Below are positions 43,137-54,344 of a stretch of DNA of 64,000 bases, piece by piece. The position numbers and the translations under genes are program-made. The DNA lies in NCBI GenBank assembly GCA_030704615.1, contig CM060732.1, positions 28,892,001 through 28,956,000 of the forward strand, written 5' to 3'. The notes beneath the pieces were generated by a model. That model searched no databases. It had not been told where the DNA came from and saw nothing but the letters and a program-made list of their open reading frames with translations. The DNA comes from Takakia lepidozioides (Eukaryota; Plantae; Bryophyta). The first letter of the stretch is position 1. Every line of letters starts with the position of its first letter.

Positions 43137-46100
43137 ATGGCGGAAAACCCGAGCGCTACAGTGTACTGCCCTCCTCACGAGCATAGAGCTTCATTTCCGT
43201 GCAGAGGGGACACCTGCCGGGTGATGGAGAAATATTTGTGCGTTCGATACCACCTGAAACCGGGGTCGGTTTTTTTGGAGGAGGAAAGGAAGGACTCAAA
43301 CGGCCTTGTTGTCGAGAGTATTGTTGTGCTCCACGATGATTTCGGCGATGGCAGGGAATGGCGAGTTCCACCATCGGACAGCGTCATATACAGGGCTGTT
43401 GGGGACTTCATTTGCCCGCCAAATGCACCGTCTATCCTGGCGCCTTCCATGAAACAATCCGCGAATCAGAGAGTGGGTACCTCAAAGAGAGAAGTCCGCA
43501 ACGAAGTAAATCCAGAGCCGAACCCATCCATGAAGACGACCGAGAACCGGGTTGTTCACAACCTGTCCGACTCAGACGAGGTCATGGAAGTTCCGAGGTC
43601 GTCCTGGAGATCAGGCAAGTCCTCAATGGACGTCAGTGGAGGAGGGAGTCATATTCCCAGCACGAGCACCGCAGTTCGATCTATTCTAGAAATTCTGCGA
43701 GGGCTTCACCTGGAGGGACACCGGTCGGAGCTGGCCGGGCTGGACTACAGCAAGTTCGCAATTAAATCGGTTACATGCCTTCCCGCCGACGTCGACGGTA
43801 ATATCTTCTTTGAGTTCCCTCCTCGGGCGGACTACTCGAGGGCGTCCGGAATGTTGACAGATATGGATAGAAAACATGACGGTCATCCTTGGTGCGTTAC
43901 CAAAACCACCAGCATGAAGATGCTTGATGGTGTGCGGGTGCGCTACGTTGTTTGTGCGGGCGCGTTGCGGTGTTTCTCCCCAACTTGCTTCCTAGAGGTC
44001 ACAGGAACGAGACCGATTGGACAGGCACAGCTCACCAACCATTTCGAGCTCAGGAGAAGGTTCCGAACTCCACATTTAAGTGTGCGCATTGCAAAGAACC
44101 ACCACACTGCATGTCTGTTTGTAATGCCAAGCAGTTCTATGTGTTGCACCGTTTCCCTGACCTCACCCGAGCTTGCATACACGTTGGTTCCCATTGTCAC
44201 AAATTGGCGAGGGGGAACTCGCGGGAGGCTGCCCACGAAGCAGAGCAGCTCGTTCAGGAGGAGGTTAAGTTGAGACCGGGTGCCAAACCCAAACAGATAC
44301 AGCTCCAAGCCGCCCATAAGATGGCATTGGCCAGAATTATGTCGGAAGACGGCTCCGATAGAGTTCCTCTCGACGAGAAGGAAATGGAGGCATTGCTGGA
44401 GTCGGTGTCCCACGTATGTTCACCGAATGTCCGAAACCACATTGTCTCATGCAAACAGAAAATTGGGCGTGGCTCGGATATGCACTCCATTCTGGAGGTG
44501 AAGCGACGATGTGGATATGACTACATTCATGGAAGTAGGTTTCCAGGACAAGGGACTGAGGCAGATCGTTGTTTCGTATTCAAAATGTCCACGTGTGGAC
44601 CTGGCAGTGGCGTCGAACTGGTCGACAGGATGACGAGTGGGAACTTGTCAAACAGTTGGGTCATGTTCGACCATATCAAGCGAATTACAAATCACCAGTG
44701 GGTGACAATGGGTGCACATGTCTACGACACCCACTGCAGGATGCTAATGACAATTGCTATTTGTGAGATGAAAGGAGAGGACACACAATCGGAGATGCTT
44801 CTTTGGCAGGGAATAAACGAACAGATGGCCAAGGCGGGATTGCCCCCTCCCAATTTCCGTGGTTTCATGGCGGACAACGCACAAGCAAATTGGGCTGCCA
44901 TCCGAAGGGTGTACGGGCAAGACCCCAATGTTCCCATGGAAGGCAAGGAGAGATCTTGTGGGTTCCATTTTCTGCAGAGCCTTTCGCAGTACACAACCAG
45001 GCTCGTGGCGCCAGATTTCAGAGAGGAGCACCGTTCCATGTGCCTTGCGTGGAAGCGCGCTCCCACCTTGGATGATGCAGAGACACAGTTTGCATGCATA
45101 CGGGCTTGGTGGACATCGTCAGGTGCTGTAAGGAAATCAGACGAAGGAGCAATGGTCAGTTGGCTAGCATGGTGGCATTATCGTTTCCTCCAGTTCGGCG
45201 ACTATATGCGGGAGGTGAGTTGCACGAATTCGCGTCCCGTTGGATATTATTCTTGGCCATATTTGTAACTTGCTTGTAACCTCAACATGTGCTTGTGCAG
45301 GAAATGTGTCTCGACTCCGACACCGACATGCCCACGACAAACATGGCCGAATCAGTGCACTCTTCCTGGCGTGCCTCCTCTGCGGCGCATCTGGTGGACA
45401 TCCTCACTGCCACAACGGAGGACATTGTGAGGTCAATTATGCAGCAATGCAGGTACAACGAGTTCTTGAAAGAGAAACAGTGGGGCTTGGGGCCGGACAG
45501 GCAGGAAATGCTGATGCGGACTGCCTCCAGATCGAAGAATCCTCGGAAGTGGGCGGCGGCCTTGCGAGAGGGCCTTCGGGACACGCCATTGCTGCGAAGA
45601 GGCCAACATTTGGAAGGAGATGTTCATACCCGTCCAGTGAGACGAAGACTTGACGAGGCACCTGGCGGAGAAGAGGATTCATGGCGAGCTGACAAGAATA
45701 TTCGCACGCTCCCTCGTGGTCCGGTGATGTTGTCCGAGGAGGTCTCGTCGAGCACCGGAAGTCCTGCACGTTCAAGATCGCCATCTCCTTTGAGCACAGG
45801 GCGCGTGCCCCGGCAACATAACGAGCCATCTGTAGTAAAGCAATACAACATTCCCATTGTGGAGACAAGAGTGTCGGAGTCACAGTGGAGAATTGCGAGG
45901 ACATTGCCGGCATTTCGAGGGAAGTGTTGCGCCATCCGGGTGGATACGAGAGCACGCTGTGGTGAGATGATTCGGAGGAACCCACACGGTGCTGTACCTG
46001 CACCTTGTTTCAGCGGCAGATTTTTGACTCCCACATTTGCTCACGCCACAACGCAGACATTTTGGTTCTGTAGGCACGACATAATGACCTGTGTATTTGG

Positions 46101-46721
46101 CAAGCCCAAGTACGGGATTCAGGGAATGCCGGAGCCTCCGGGCGTCTGGCCTGTTGCACCGGGTTGCAGCCTCTCTCAGAATGAGGCGGATGCTCTATCT
46201 GCAGCAGGATTTCGAATGGTGCAACACGCACAGACATCCCGGCCCACGCATTTCCGGTTCCTCAGACCCAGCCATTGCAGACTGCTCGGTCCAGTAGAGA
46301 CGGATTGGACAATTCTGCACATCCCACAATGCGATTCGGAAGAGTGAAGAGACGACACCCTCCCAACAAGTTGAATGAGACTCGGATTGCCAATGCTCTT
46401 GGGATGGCTTGCACTATTCAGAGCTCCGTGGACGTACCCCCACCCGGCCTTGGGCGTGTGTATCGGATGGCAACGGCCGGCTCGGCTGTACGCGACGATG
46501 TATACACAATTACGATTGGAGTGGAGCCGACTTGCAACTGTACGGACTTCTCGTTGATGGAAGCAAAGAAGGGTTCGAAGTATTATCCGTGCAAGCATCT
46601 GTATTACATTTACCTGAAGAGGTTGAGGATGAACGTGACTATTGATGACTTTATTCATGCACCGGCGTTGAGCGTGAACGAGCTGCACAAACTCCTCCTT
46701 AGGGATTCCAGAAATCATTGA
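43137..46721 (+). pseudogene. Mutator-like (MULE) DDE transposase with N-terminal Cys/His-rich (GCM-like) domain and C-terminal SWIM finger; intron 45215-45300; frameshifts near 43995 and 46280
   Basis: WVMFDH (D), GFMADNAQANW (D), CGFH (CxxH), TTNMAESVH (E), CNCTDF...PCKHLYYIY (SWIM); the GTGAGT...TGCAG intron joins the frames. Confidence 0.8.
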
Positions 46722-46879
46722 TGGGGCAAACGGAATCCTCCATATGGATATTTTCAAATGCATTTTGCTGTATCAGACTTTTTTTTTGCAGTGTAATGAA
46801 ATGCACCCCAAAACTCCTGGAATGAGGCAATATTCCATTCAAACTGAGATCCAACAGAAGCAGTTGTGGGGCCATTTCT

Positions 46880-47240
46880 GGAAAAATGGCGCCGAATTTC
46901 TCTTTTTGGGGCCGAAAACTCGCTAAGTCCCAACATGCACTGGTACCTGTGTTCGGGAAAATGGCGCCGAATTTCTCTTTTTGGGGCCGAAAACTGGCTA
47001 AGTCCCAACATGCACTGGTACCGTGTCTGGAAAATGGCGCCGAATTTCTCTTTTTTGGGCCGAAAACTGGCTAAGTCCGAACATGCACTGGAAAAATGGC
47101 GCTGAATTACCTGTCATGAGGGGACCTATAGCCGCGGAATTCGGCACCATTTTTCGCCAGAGAGACCTATTGCCGCGAAATACGTCGCCGTTTTTTCAGG
47201 TTACGGACCCTATTACCGCGAAATTCGGCGCCATATTTGC
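46880..47240. repeat. GGCGCCGAATTT repeats downstream of the MULE transposase (candidate subterminal repeats)
   Basis: AAAATGGCGCCGAATTTCTC units of ~70 bp share the core of the upstream array. Confidence 0.8.
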
Positions 47241-47984
47241 ACATGTCGCTGGGAATTGGCATGAGCGGAAGACGAAATTTCATGAGCACAACTGTCAAAA
47301 GTGCAATTTTCCCTTCAAGGGGCCGAATAATATATTTGTTTTTCCTGACACATTGCATTAAATTATTGTTTTTTATTGTTTTTTATTTTCGAAATTTGTA
47401 CTTCTGCTCATGAAAACCGATTGTGTTACTACTCTGCTCATGCCGCTCATGCCGCTCATGCTCATGAAATAGCAAACCTCGGAAGCGCCATCAACATCAT
47501 TCTGAAACTACTTTTGGGCAGCATGGCGATATTGAAGGAGATATTGAATCTTACATTGTCAGATTCTCTACGTCCCCACCAGGTTCCTACACCCTCCCCC
47601 ATCTTTTCTATGATGTCACCCACTACAATCCTCTGAACACCATCAGAAAGCAGCCCTTCTCTCACATGTATCTCTCCTTCCACGAAGCATACCCTGGTAT
47701 CATTCGGCCAAGAGTGCCGGATTGCAACGTTATGATGCACCAGCAGCATCCTTGCCGACAGTCTCTCACCATCAGGGCCAGCCATGGCCAAGTCACCAAC
47801 ATTACAGCATCTGGTGGCAACTTTACTGCTGCTCAGGCTAGCCTCATCACGGCATGGACTATGTTTGCAACATGGCAATGGCCACACGACAACCACTACA
47901 ACCCGGGAGATCTCACCCTACCCCCTCCCCTCCTCACCCCACAGTACAATACCAGCAATACACACTCCAGATGGCAATTCATTC

Positions 47985-48122
47985 TACACACTACCCTGGC
48001 AGATCTGGAAAAGGGCAAAGAGGTCCATGGCGACATCTTCAGAGCTGAACAATACCCTGGCAGACATGTATGCAAAATGTGGGTGCATCGAGGATGCAAA
48101 GGGAGTGTTTGACACTGTGGCT
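47985..48122 (+). pseudogene. PLS-class PPR fragment
   Basis: LADLEKGKEVHGDIFRAE, then after a frameshift NTLADMYAKCGCIEDAKGVFD. Confidence 0.75.
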
Positions 48123-48611
48123 ACCTCTCCCCCTCACTTCAGATGCAATCTGCTGCTTTATATGCTTGCTACCTATATAATGAAATCTCTCACTCCACGA
48201 GTGTACGTCCTAGCAACTTACAGTAGACGTGCTTCAAATGCAATTCATGTGGATCAATAAAAACCTCATTGTGCCCTCTTTTTATTCTATTTTGTGTCCA
48301 TCGTTCCGAGAATGCGTCATTGCTCATTTCGTTTGGGATTGGGAGTGTGGGTGGATTTTGCAAGTGGCTGGTAGGCTGAAATGGGCCCCCATTGTACAGA
48401 GCAGTACCACCCTTCCATTTGCGAAATAACATTGCCGAACCTCCTTCATCGGGAGGTCCTTCTCCCCCTATGACCGTGGCACCCTAAACCCTATTCCCGC
48501 GGACACTCATTTCCGGAAAATAGTGCTGCTTATGTTTTTTTCCACACTTACGACTCTGCTCATGGCTCATGCCACTCATGGCTCATGGCTCATGAAAATA
48601 GCAGCCCCCTG

Positions 48612-51488
48612 CTTGAAGTATGGCATTTGGTATAAGATCGGGGCCCGGGGCTTTAGATTTTGATAGTTTTTTGAGGCATGATTCGTAGAGATCAATTGTA
48701 AATAAGTCTAGGATGCGGTCCGTTGAGGATCCTTTGTTGTCAATCGAGAAGCCATCTATATCATGCCATGGATAGTGTTTAGCTTTACATGCAGTTGGCA
48801 GTGTGGAAACTAGGGTGTCAGCAGTTTGTAACTGTGGGTGTGTAGGTTGAGGATGCTTGTGACCATATTTCTTGGTTGATGTCCGTGGATTGGTTAGCAA
48901 GTGGCCGTGCCTGTGTTTGAGACAGTCGATGGGTGGGTTGAGGGCAGGGTTAAAGATGGCTTTGTGAGCTTTTTTGGGATGGTCGCGTAGCAGTCAGTTA
49001 AAAGAAGAGACGATTTTTTTGTGATTGTCGGCAGCTTTTTGTTTGGTAATACTGTAGGCAGTTTTTTTGGCATCTCTTCCAACTTTGGAAAGATCAGCTG
49101 TCCAGTGAGGAATATCTTGGGGATTGGCGAGTGGGGGCATAAGTGCTTGACATGTTGTTAAGGTGTTTATGCAGGTGATACGTGGATCCGAAGGCCAATT
49201 GTTTCCCGGGTGGATGGGGGTAGTGGTAGGTATAATGGTGAGGGCACGCCTGATTGTGTGGTATGTGTTAAGATGTGATGTCCATATACGTTTTTGAGTA
49301 CGAGTAAGGTAGCCACCATTTTGTTTTGAGCGTGTAGTTTGTGGGATTTCAGGGGGGGCAGAGCAGGTGGCAACGACACTGTTGGTCATTTCTTTGATTG
49401 AAGTTGTGAGTATGGTCTCGGCTTCGGTCCAGGCTTTGTCAGGGGATTGCGCGAGGTTTGCTTCGGAGAGTATGTCGGAGAGTTGTATCATAAGGTGTAA
49501 GGATGTTGGTTGGAAATGCTTTAGGAAGGTGACTATGTTATTGTGGGGAAGTGGTTCTAGATTGTGGTAGAATAGGTCTAAAGGAAATGAGAGATGGTGG
49601 GATGGTTACTGACACAGGGTATTGGTCTGAGTTGCATAGACTACTGATGTGTACATGACTGCTGAGGTATGTGGGGATGTCGTTTTGTGTCTTGAGGTAG
49701 AAACCGTCAAGAAGGCTTAAGGATGAGTAGTTGAGTCCACCTTGTCTGGAATAGTGGTGATCGGCGGGTATATAACAAAGACGGTGTGAGTGAGTAAAAC
49801 TTGTCTATTCATGGTCAGCGGGGGATGGAGTTTTATGTATACCATTGTATGTGTGGCCCATGAGGGCAATGTCCCTGTTGAAATCGCCTGCTAGAATGTA
49901 GTGCTGGGAGTGGGTGGAAGGTTGTGTTAATGTTTTAGAGATGGTGAGCACGATATCAGGGATCAGGGGGAGATCTTCGCAGTGTGAGGGCATGTACAAG
50001 TGTATAAGGATAATAGGAAGCATGGCGGGAAATTGTAGTTTGATGATTTGAAGATGTGATCGTAGGGGGAGAGTGACAGGGATTTTGACCGTGGTGCTAG
50101 GGGAGTGATGTGTGCGGAGGATACCAAAAGCCACCCCTCCCCCAGTAGGGTGATATGGCGCGCAACGTCTGTTTAGGCACTGTGCGGTTGTGAGTGAGCT
50201 GCCATATAGCAGGTAGTAGGCTAGGAGGAGTTTGTTGATATATGGGCTGTTGGGGTTGTGTGCGCTGAGTTTAGTTTCTTGTAATAGAATGATATGCGGG
50301 GGTGTAGAGTCCGTTAGATGGAGAAGGCTTTGGATGCTGGTGGCAACTGATCCTACATTCCAGGTGAGTATGTTGAGTGCGTGTGCTGACTGGGAGGAGG
50401 AGGTGTGTGGGGGGATGTTGGATCTAGGGAATGTTGGAGGTGGGTCATTGGTGGAGCTGGGCATGCAGGGTGGGATGGTGGATGGAGGTATGGTGGGAGG
50501 GGGTTGATATCCAGGGATGCCTGTCGTGGCGTGGAGGGTTGCGGCGAGAATATTTTTGGAGAGGAATGGGAATTTGTTGGTGATAGTATCGAGCTCATGC
50601 ATGGTTGTAGTTGTGTGCGCCAGGTGTTCACCGAGAATCCTATGAACTTCTCCGGGCTTGGCTTTTAGTAGGTCAAGAGATTCGTGGAGGTTGTGTAGGT
50701 GGTGTAGGGGTGCTAGATATATGTGAGGTAGTGGGGGTAGATCATGCAATTGTTGTAGTAGCGAACAGATATGTGTGTTTGGTTGGGTTCGAAAGTAGTC
50801 GTTGCATATTGAGGGTATTGGACAGATGACAAGAATTAGTGAGAATAGGAGATGTTTGTGTAGGGTATGTGCTAAGTTTATGGGTGACACTGACTAGAAA
50901 TAGGTGTTCGCAGGCAGGAAGCCCAAAGGTGGCAATTGGGTGTGTGAGTTTGCGGTTATTGGTGGAAGGGTTGGGGAGGAAGGGAGAGAAGTGGTCACTA
51001 AGATGTTGGTATGCAGGCACGAGGGAGACAGTGTCTGTCTGGAAATATAGTGCATATCTATCTTTAGGATCCTTTGAGAGCTTGTTGATGATGCTAGTTA
51101 TGGTATTTGGGCCTGAGTTTGGGTGGATGTTGCTGCAACGGAGTAGTATGAGTGTGTCATAGGCAAGTTTATATGATGTAAAGTGGGATGGTGGGTGGTG
51201 GGCGGAGTATTTGGAGGTGAGAGGTTTCTGGTGATATCTCCCATGTGGGTAGTGGGTTATAAGTTGGGTTTTGATGGAATGGGGGGTGGGAAAGTGATTA
51301 GATAGATGTTGGTATGGGTGTGTGAGGGAGAGGGTGTTACTTTGGAAATATAATGCATATCTGTCTTGTGGGTCCATTGGCAATGGGCAGATGATGCCAT
51401 CAATAGAAGTGGGACCTGGGTTTGGGTGGATGTCACCACATCTTAGGAGTATGAGCTCGATACATGTGTCTGTGTATGCGGTGTCGGG

Positions 51489-51526
<38 letters not shown>

Positions 51527-52440
51527 GGGTAATAATGTCTGGATTTTAGGGGGTTTTGATGTCGGGTGCCGTGTGGGTAAACAGCGAGTGCAAGGGGTTC
51601 AGAGTGGGTACGGTAGGGTATTTTGGGATGGTGAGGAAAAAGAGGTGTGGATGGAATGTATGGATTGGAATGTTGGGGTTTGTAGAAGTGGAGCTAGTGG
51701 ATAGGAAGTGTACAGGGCGGATGGTCACGACGCTATTAATTTGATGGGTCGATATGGAGGAGGGTCGAATATTTAGGGAATAGTATATAGAGTGTAAGAA
51801 GTGGGGTTGCCTTAGATGTGAGCATTGCTTTTGACGACTATCGGGTGGAGGTCGGGCAAGAATCAAAGAGGTGGTGACAGAGAGACACCGTGTGCAAGAT
51901 TTTGCGGAGTGGGATGACATAGTTCCAGGCGTGGCGGGGGTTGATGAAACTTTAGCAGTAGTGTGAGAGGTGATGGTATGTGGGCTAAAGGGTTCAGGGG
52001 TGAAATATGTGTCATGAGCACTTAGGGCATATTGAATGAGAGAGTGTGATATTCCATTGTAAGGGATTTTGGGGTATGGGTGTCTGGGGAACGGATGTAG
52101 TAAAATTATTTGGACATAATGTGTCACGGTATGAGAATTGTGCAATAAGGCAAGTAGGGGATGGATGATAAATGTCTGGGAGACTATGACAAACAAAAGA
52201 TGGATAGTATATGCCTGGGAGGCGATGCCAAACAGAAGATGGATGGTATACATCAGGGAGACGATGATAAATATGATATGGATTGTGTACGTCTGGAAGT
52301 TGAAGAATAACAAAATGGCGGTAATACATTTTGTGGTAATCAATGAAGAAGATCACGGAGTAGAAATCTTTGTGTAAAATGTGGTAGAAGTCATTTGATA
52401 TGATCATGGAGTAAAAATCCTTGTGTAAAATCATGTGGGT
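48612..52440 (-). mobile_element. Decayed APE-type non-LTR retrotransposon (LINE), truncated at the start of the RT (upstream boundary approximate)
   Basis: APE motifs LNILTWNV, IILLQETKL, GGGVA, LYMPS, ILAGDFN in ORF 49805-50890; RT entry KAPGPDLIPNAIL near 48620-48655. Confidence 0.85.
51492..51525 (+). repeat. G34 homopolymer
   Basis: Directly visible. Confidence 0.9.
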
Positions 52441-53231
52441 AGAGTAACATGTAGGTGAAGATGTTTGAAATAGAGAGAGCCGGAGTGCCCGAACAGCTGG
52501 GGTAGAGGAGATTGAAAGTGCAGAGTTGTCCTCGCTTGAACGAGAGTCGTGGTTGGAGCTATGCTTCAGCTGACAAAGATTGAGAAGTCTTGTACCAGGG
52601 TAAGTGAATTGTGGTACCATGAGTGGCGACTGATAGAGGGCAACTTGCCCAAGGTATTGGTCTTGAGTCACAGCTCTGCGCCTGTGGGGTGTGTGTGGTA
52701 GATACTGCGGGGCAGTGGGATGCCATTTGAGGTCGGGGAGCCAGCTGGGGCAGAACAACAGTAAGTTAGAGAATGATGGCAGTTTAATGTACACAGTAGT
52801 GGATCTTGTGAACATAAAGGGGGAAGGGGGTGTCCAGGGTAGGGAAGAGGGTTGAGTGTGCTCCCTGGAAGTAAAATGACAGTGAAGCGGTTGTGGCCGG
52901 GTGGGGGGCAACATCTGCTGCCAACTCCAAGGCACTTGGATGTTGTGGTTGGCAGCTACATCATGGAATCCAAGTCCACCTTCCAAGTGCTGGCACCAGC
53001 TGAGAGCAGTCGGCCAGTCCATCTCAACGTGCATCTTCTGAGTTGTGGCCAGCAAAGCCTCCATGGGGGCAGCCCACTCTGCAGCCTGGTTTTGGTGTGT
53101 GGTGAGCAGGCCTCAAGTTCAAGAGATCTTTCACTGAGTTTGTTAGCACTGCCCTTATGGTGGGATGCCCTCCCCTCATCAATTCTTGCTTTCTCTGCCA
53201 GTGTAGTCGTCATTACTTGAGCTTGAAGTTG

Positions 53232-54305
53232 TGTCGCGCGGCTTTTACTCACCCATCCCTTCGCTATCCGAGGCGGAAACTCCAAGATAGAAGAGTTGGA
53301 AATCTCTAAGTACTCAGCCCGCGCAGAACAATCAGTCATGACCTACAGCTAGTGTATCATGGGGGTGTTTCCTATTTGTTTCCCTTTTCGCATTCATCTT
53401 AGCTACCTTACCATTGATAATTACGTATTAGTTTCCTTCACTCCTCCATTCAATCCACAGCTTCACTCAGATCTCTCTACACAGTGTGATTGTATCGTAT
53501 AAATATCAGATTATGATTTATCAGGTATCAGGCCGAAGCCATTGTATCTCTATTCTCCTCTACAATATCCCTACGGCTTTGCATCTAACAAGCATCTACT
53601 AATCCTCCTTCATCGTGCTCTCCGATCTCCGCTTCCGCCTGACTCCCAAGTCCTCCCCGAATAATGATCTCATCATAATCCCCGTTCTTCCCTTTATCCT
53701 CCTATCCGCGGTTCTAACCGTTTCCCTCTCTAACCGTCGTATGTGAACTAACATGTTCCCTTCTCTGGTGTTGTTCCCCACAGTCGTTCCCTGTCCTACT
53801 CTTCGTTCCCTATTATCGTGACAGCTGTGTCAAGCGGTGACTGGCTGTGTGGCTATGCCGGGCTGTGACTGGCTGTGTGGGCTGTGTCTGCTGTGACGAC
53901 TGTGACGGGCTGTGTGGGCTGTGTGGGCTGTGTCGGGCTGTGTGGGCTGTGACGACTATGACGGGCTGTGTGGGCTGTGACGGCTGTGACGGGCTGTGTT
54001 GGCTGTGACGGCTGTGACGGGCTGTGTTGGCTGTGACGGCTGTGTCGGGCTGTGTGGGCTGTGGGCTGTGTGGGCTGTGTCGGGCTGTGTCGGCTGTGAC
54101 GGGCTGTGTTGGCTGTGACGGCTGTGTCGGGCTGTGTGGGCTGTGTGGGCTGTGACGGCTGTGTCGGGCTGTGTGGGTTGTGTAACCCCCTTCTACAGTG
54201 CTCTGCTGTCACCCCTAAGGTTCCTGTTTGTCTCAGTCTGTGCAAAAATTAAGGGTACCCTACAGATCCCGTATAAGTGTCTAAGTCCCCTACAGTCCTC
54301 TAACA
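53232..54305 (-). mobile_element. 3' LTR (1074 bp) with CACAGC minisatellite (~53820-54180)
   Basis: TGTTAG...CGACA, a few bases after the PPT; matches 31781-32688. Confidence 0.92.
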
Positions 54306-54344
54306 TTTACCCCTTCCCCCCTCAAAAAGCCGTGTCCTCACGGT

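Noticed and set aside
51546-53064. Long minus-strand ORFs upstream of the LINE endonuclease as a LINE ORF1
   Set aside because: Low-complexity His/Pro/Thr/Ile-rich translations without RRM or zinc-knuckle motifs; not supportable.
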